Below, piece by piece: positions 62,928 through 64,000 of a stretch of 64,000 nucleotides of DNA. Made by a program: the position numbers and the translations under genes. Where the stretch lies: assembly GCA_038087875.1 (NCBI GenBank), contig CM075990.1, positions 11,720,001 through 11,784,000 of the forward strand. Reading direction: 5' to 3'. The notes below the pieces were generated by a model. That model did not search any database, had not been told where the DNA came from, and saw only the letters and a program-made list of their open reading frames with translations. This DNA is from Malacoraja senta (lineage: Eukaryota). Position 1 is the stretch's first letter; each line of letters begins with the position of its first letter.

Positions 62928-63429
62928 AGGGCCTGCCCCACTTAGGCGATGTTTTGGGCGACTACAGGCGACTGCCGCAAAATTTTCAACTTGTTGAAAA
63001 TTCTTCGGCGACAGTGGCGACAATTTTTGCTGACGTAGGTTGTCGTAGGTTCTGTCGTAAGTTGTCATAGGTTGGCGTAGGTTCTGTCGTAGGTTGTCAT
63101 AGGTTGACGTAGGTGCTGTCGTAGGTTGCATAAGTTGACGTAGGTGCTGTCGTAGGTTGTCATAGGTTGGCGTAGGTTCTGTCGTAGGTTGTCATAGTTG
63201 ACGTAGGTGCTGTCGTAGGTTGTCATAAGTTGATGTAGGTGCTGTCGTAGGTTGTCATAGGTTGGCGTAGGTTCTGTCGTAGGTTGTCATAGGTTGACGT
63301 AGGTGCTGTCGTAGGTTGCATAAGTTGACGTAGGTTCTGTCGTAGGTAGTCGCCAGGTGTCATAGTTGAATTCCATTAAAACTAGTCCCTGGCAGTTGCC
63401 TAAAGAGTCACCTAAGTAGGGCAGGCCCT
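62928..63429. mobile_element. Harbinger-like MITE (subfamily 3) with an internal tandem array
   Basis: TIR AGGGCCTGCCCCACTTAGG ... CCTAAGTAGGGCAGGCCCT; array at about 63030-63350. Confidence 0.9.
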
Positions 63430-63544
63430 TAAAGGACAGTTTTTACAACTCCCTGGTCAGAATACTTGGAACAATCCATACAGAGCGCAATGTCTCAAAA
63501 TCACCTTGTGTTAATGATCTGATATTTTTGGATTGAACTACTCC

Positions 63545-63768
63545 ACGAGTAGTTGGTCTACTCAACAGCCAAAAATCTGTAGCCTCCCTTTGATCTGGTA
63601 TTTTGTTGGTTCACATGCTTGATCAATGGTGTTTTATCATTATTAATGTTTAGTGTTTTCTGAGTCATTCGTAACTGTCACTGTATGTCATGTTGTTACT
63701 TGTGGGCGGAGCACCAAGGCCAATTCCTTGTATGTGAATACTTGGCCAATAAACTTACTTACTTACTT
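63545..63768 (+). mobile_element. Rex1-like LINE 3' end
   Basis: PRVVGLLNSQ-like ORF end, 3' UTR and (ACTT)n tail. Confidence 0.65.
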
Positions 63769-63960
63769 AAACAATTTTTCTTTTGGACTCTTTAAAAAAA
63801 AAAAAAGTTGAGTATGGTGAATCTTTCAAAGCAAAGATACCTTCCCACTTTGTTCTTTCTCTTCAATCTTGCCCTGGATTCCTCATCCTATTATTCACCC
63901 TGAAGCTTCACATATCCTCCTTATTTAAGTCACTCTTAAGCAATAACCCACTGTATTAAG

Positions 63961-64000
63961 GGCGGCACGATGGCGCAGCGGTAGAGTTGCTGCCTTACAG
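63961..64000 (+). mobile_element. V-SINE 5' end, cut by the window edge
   Basis: GGCGGCACGATGGCGCAGCGGTAGAGTTGCTGCCTTACAG. Confidence 0.8.

Noticed and set aside
63030..63350. CRISPR-like periodic repeat
   Set aside because: No unique spacers; eukaryotic tandem array inside a MITE

Overview
Repeat-dense, apparently gene-poor vertebrate DNA. The repeat content (HE1-like V-SINEs with CR1-type tails, DeuSINE relics, CR1, Rex1/Babar and Penelope fragments) suggests a cartilaginous fish such as a skate or ray; this is inference. I recognise no host protein-coding gene, and nearly all listed ORFs are translations of repeats. The notable signals are RNA-level and structural. (1) Two copies of a ~140-bp TSD-flanked retroposon begin exactly at a 54-nt minimal HDV-like ribozyme fold with a CPEB3-type core (55303-55439 minus, 55719-55859 plus). 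(2) Roughly 25-30 short Penelope terminal-repeat insertions carry an ultra-minimal hammerhead motif and are tied to a GIY-YIG remnant at 61160-61604. (3) Nine Harbinger-like MITEs share one TIR but have different cores. (4) A ~910-bp near-identical templated insertion sits inside a Rex1 copy. (5) A ~2.2-2.4-kb tandem duplication provides filled and empty TE sites. (6) There is a speculative minus-strand spliced transcript and several enhancer-like unique islands. Coordinates were read by eye, and repeat boundaries are approximate unless TSDs are quoted.
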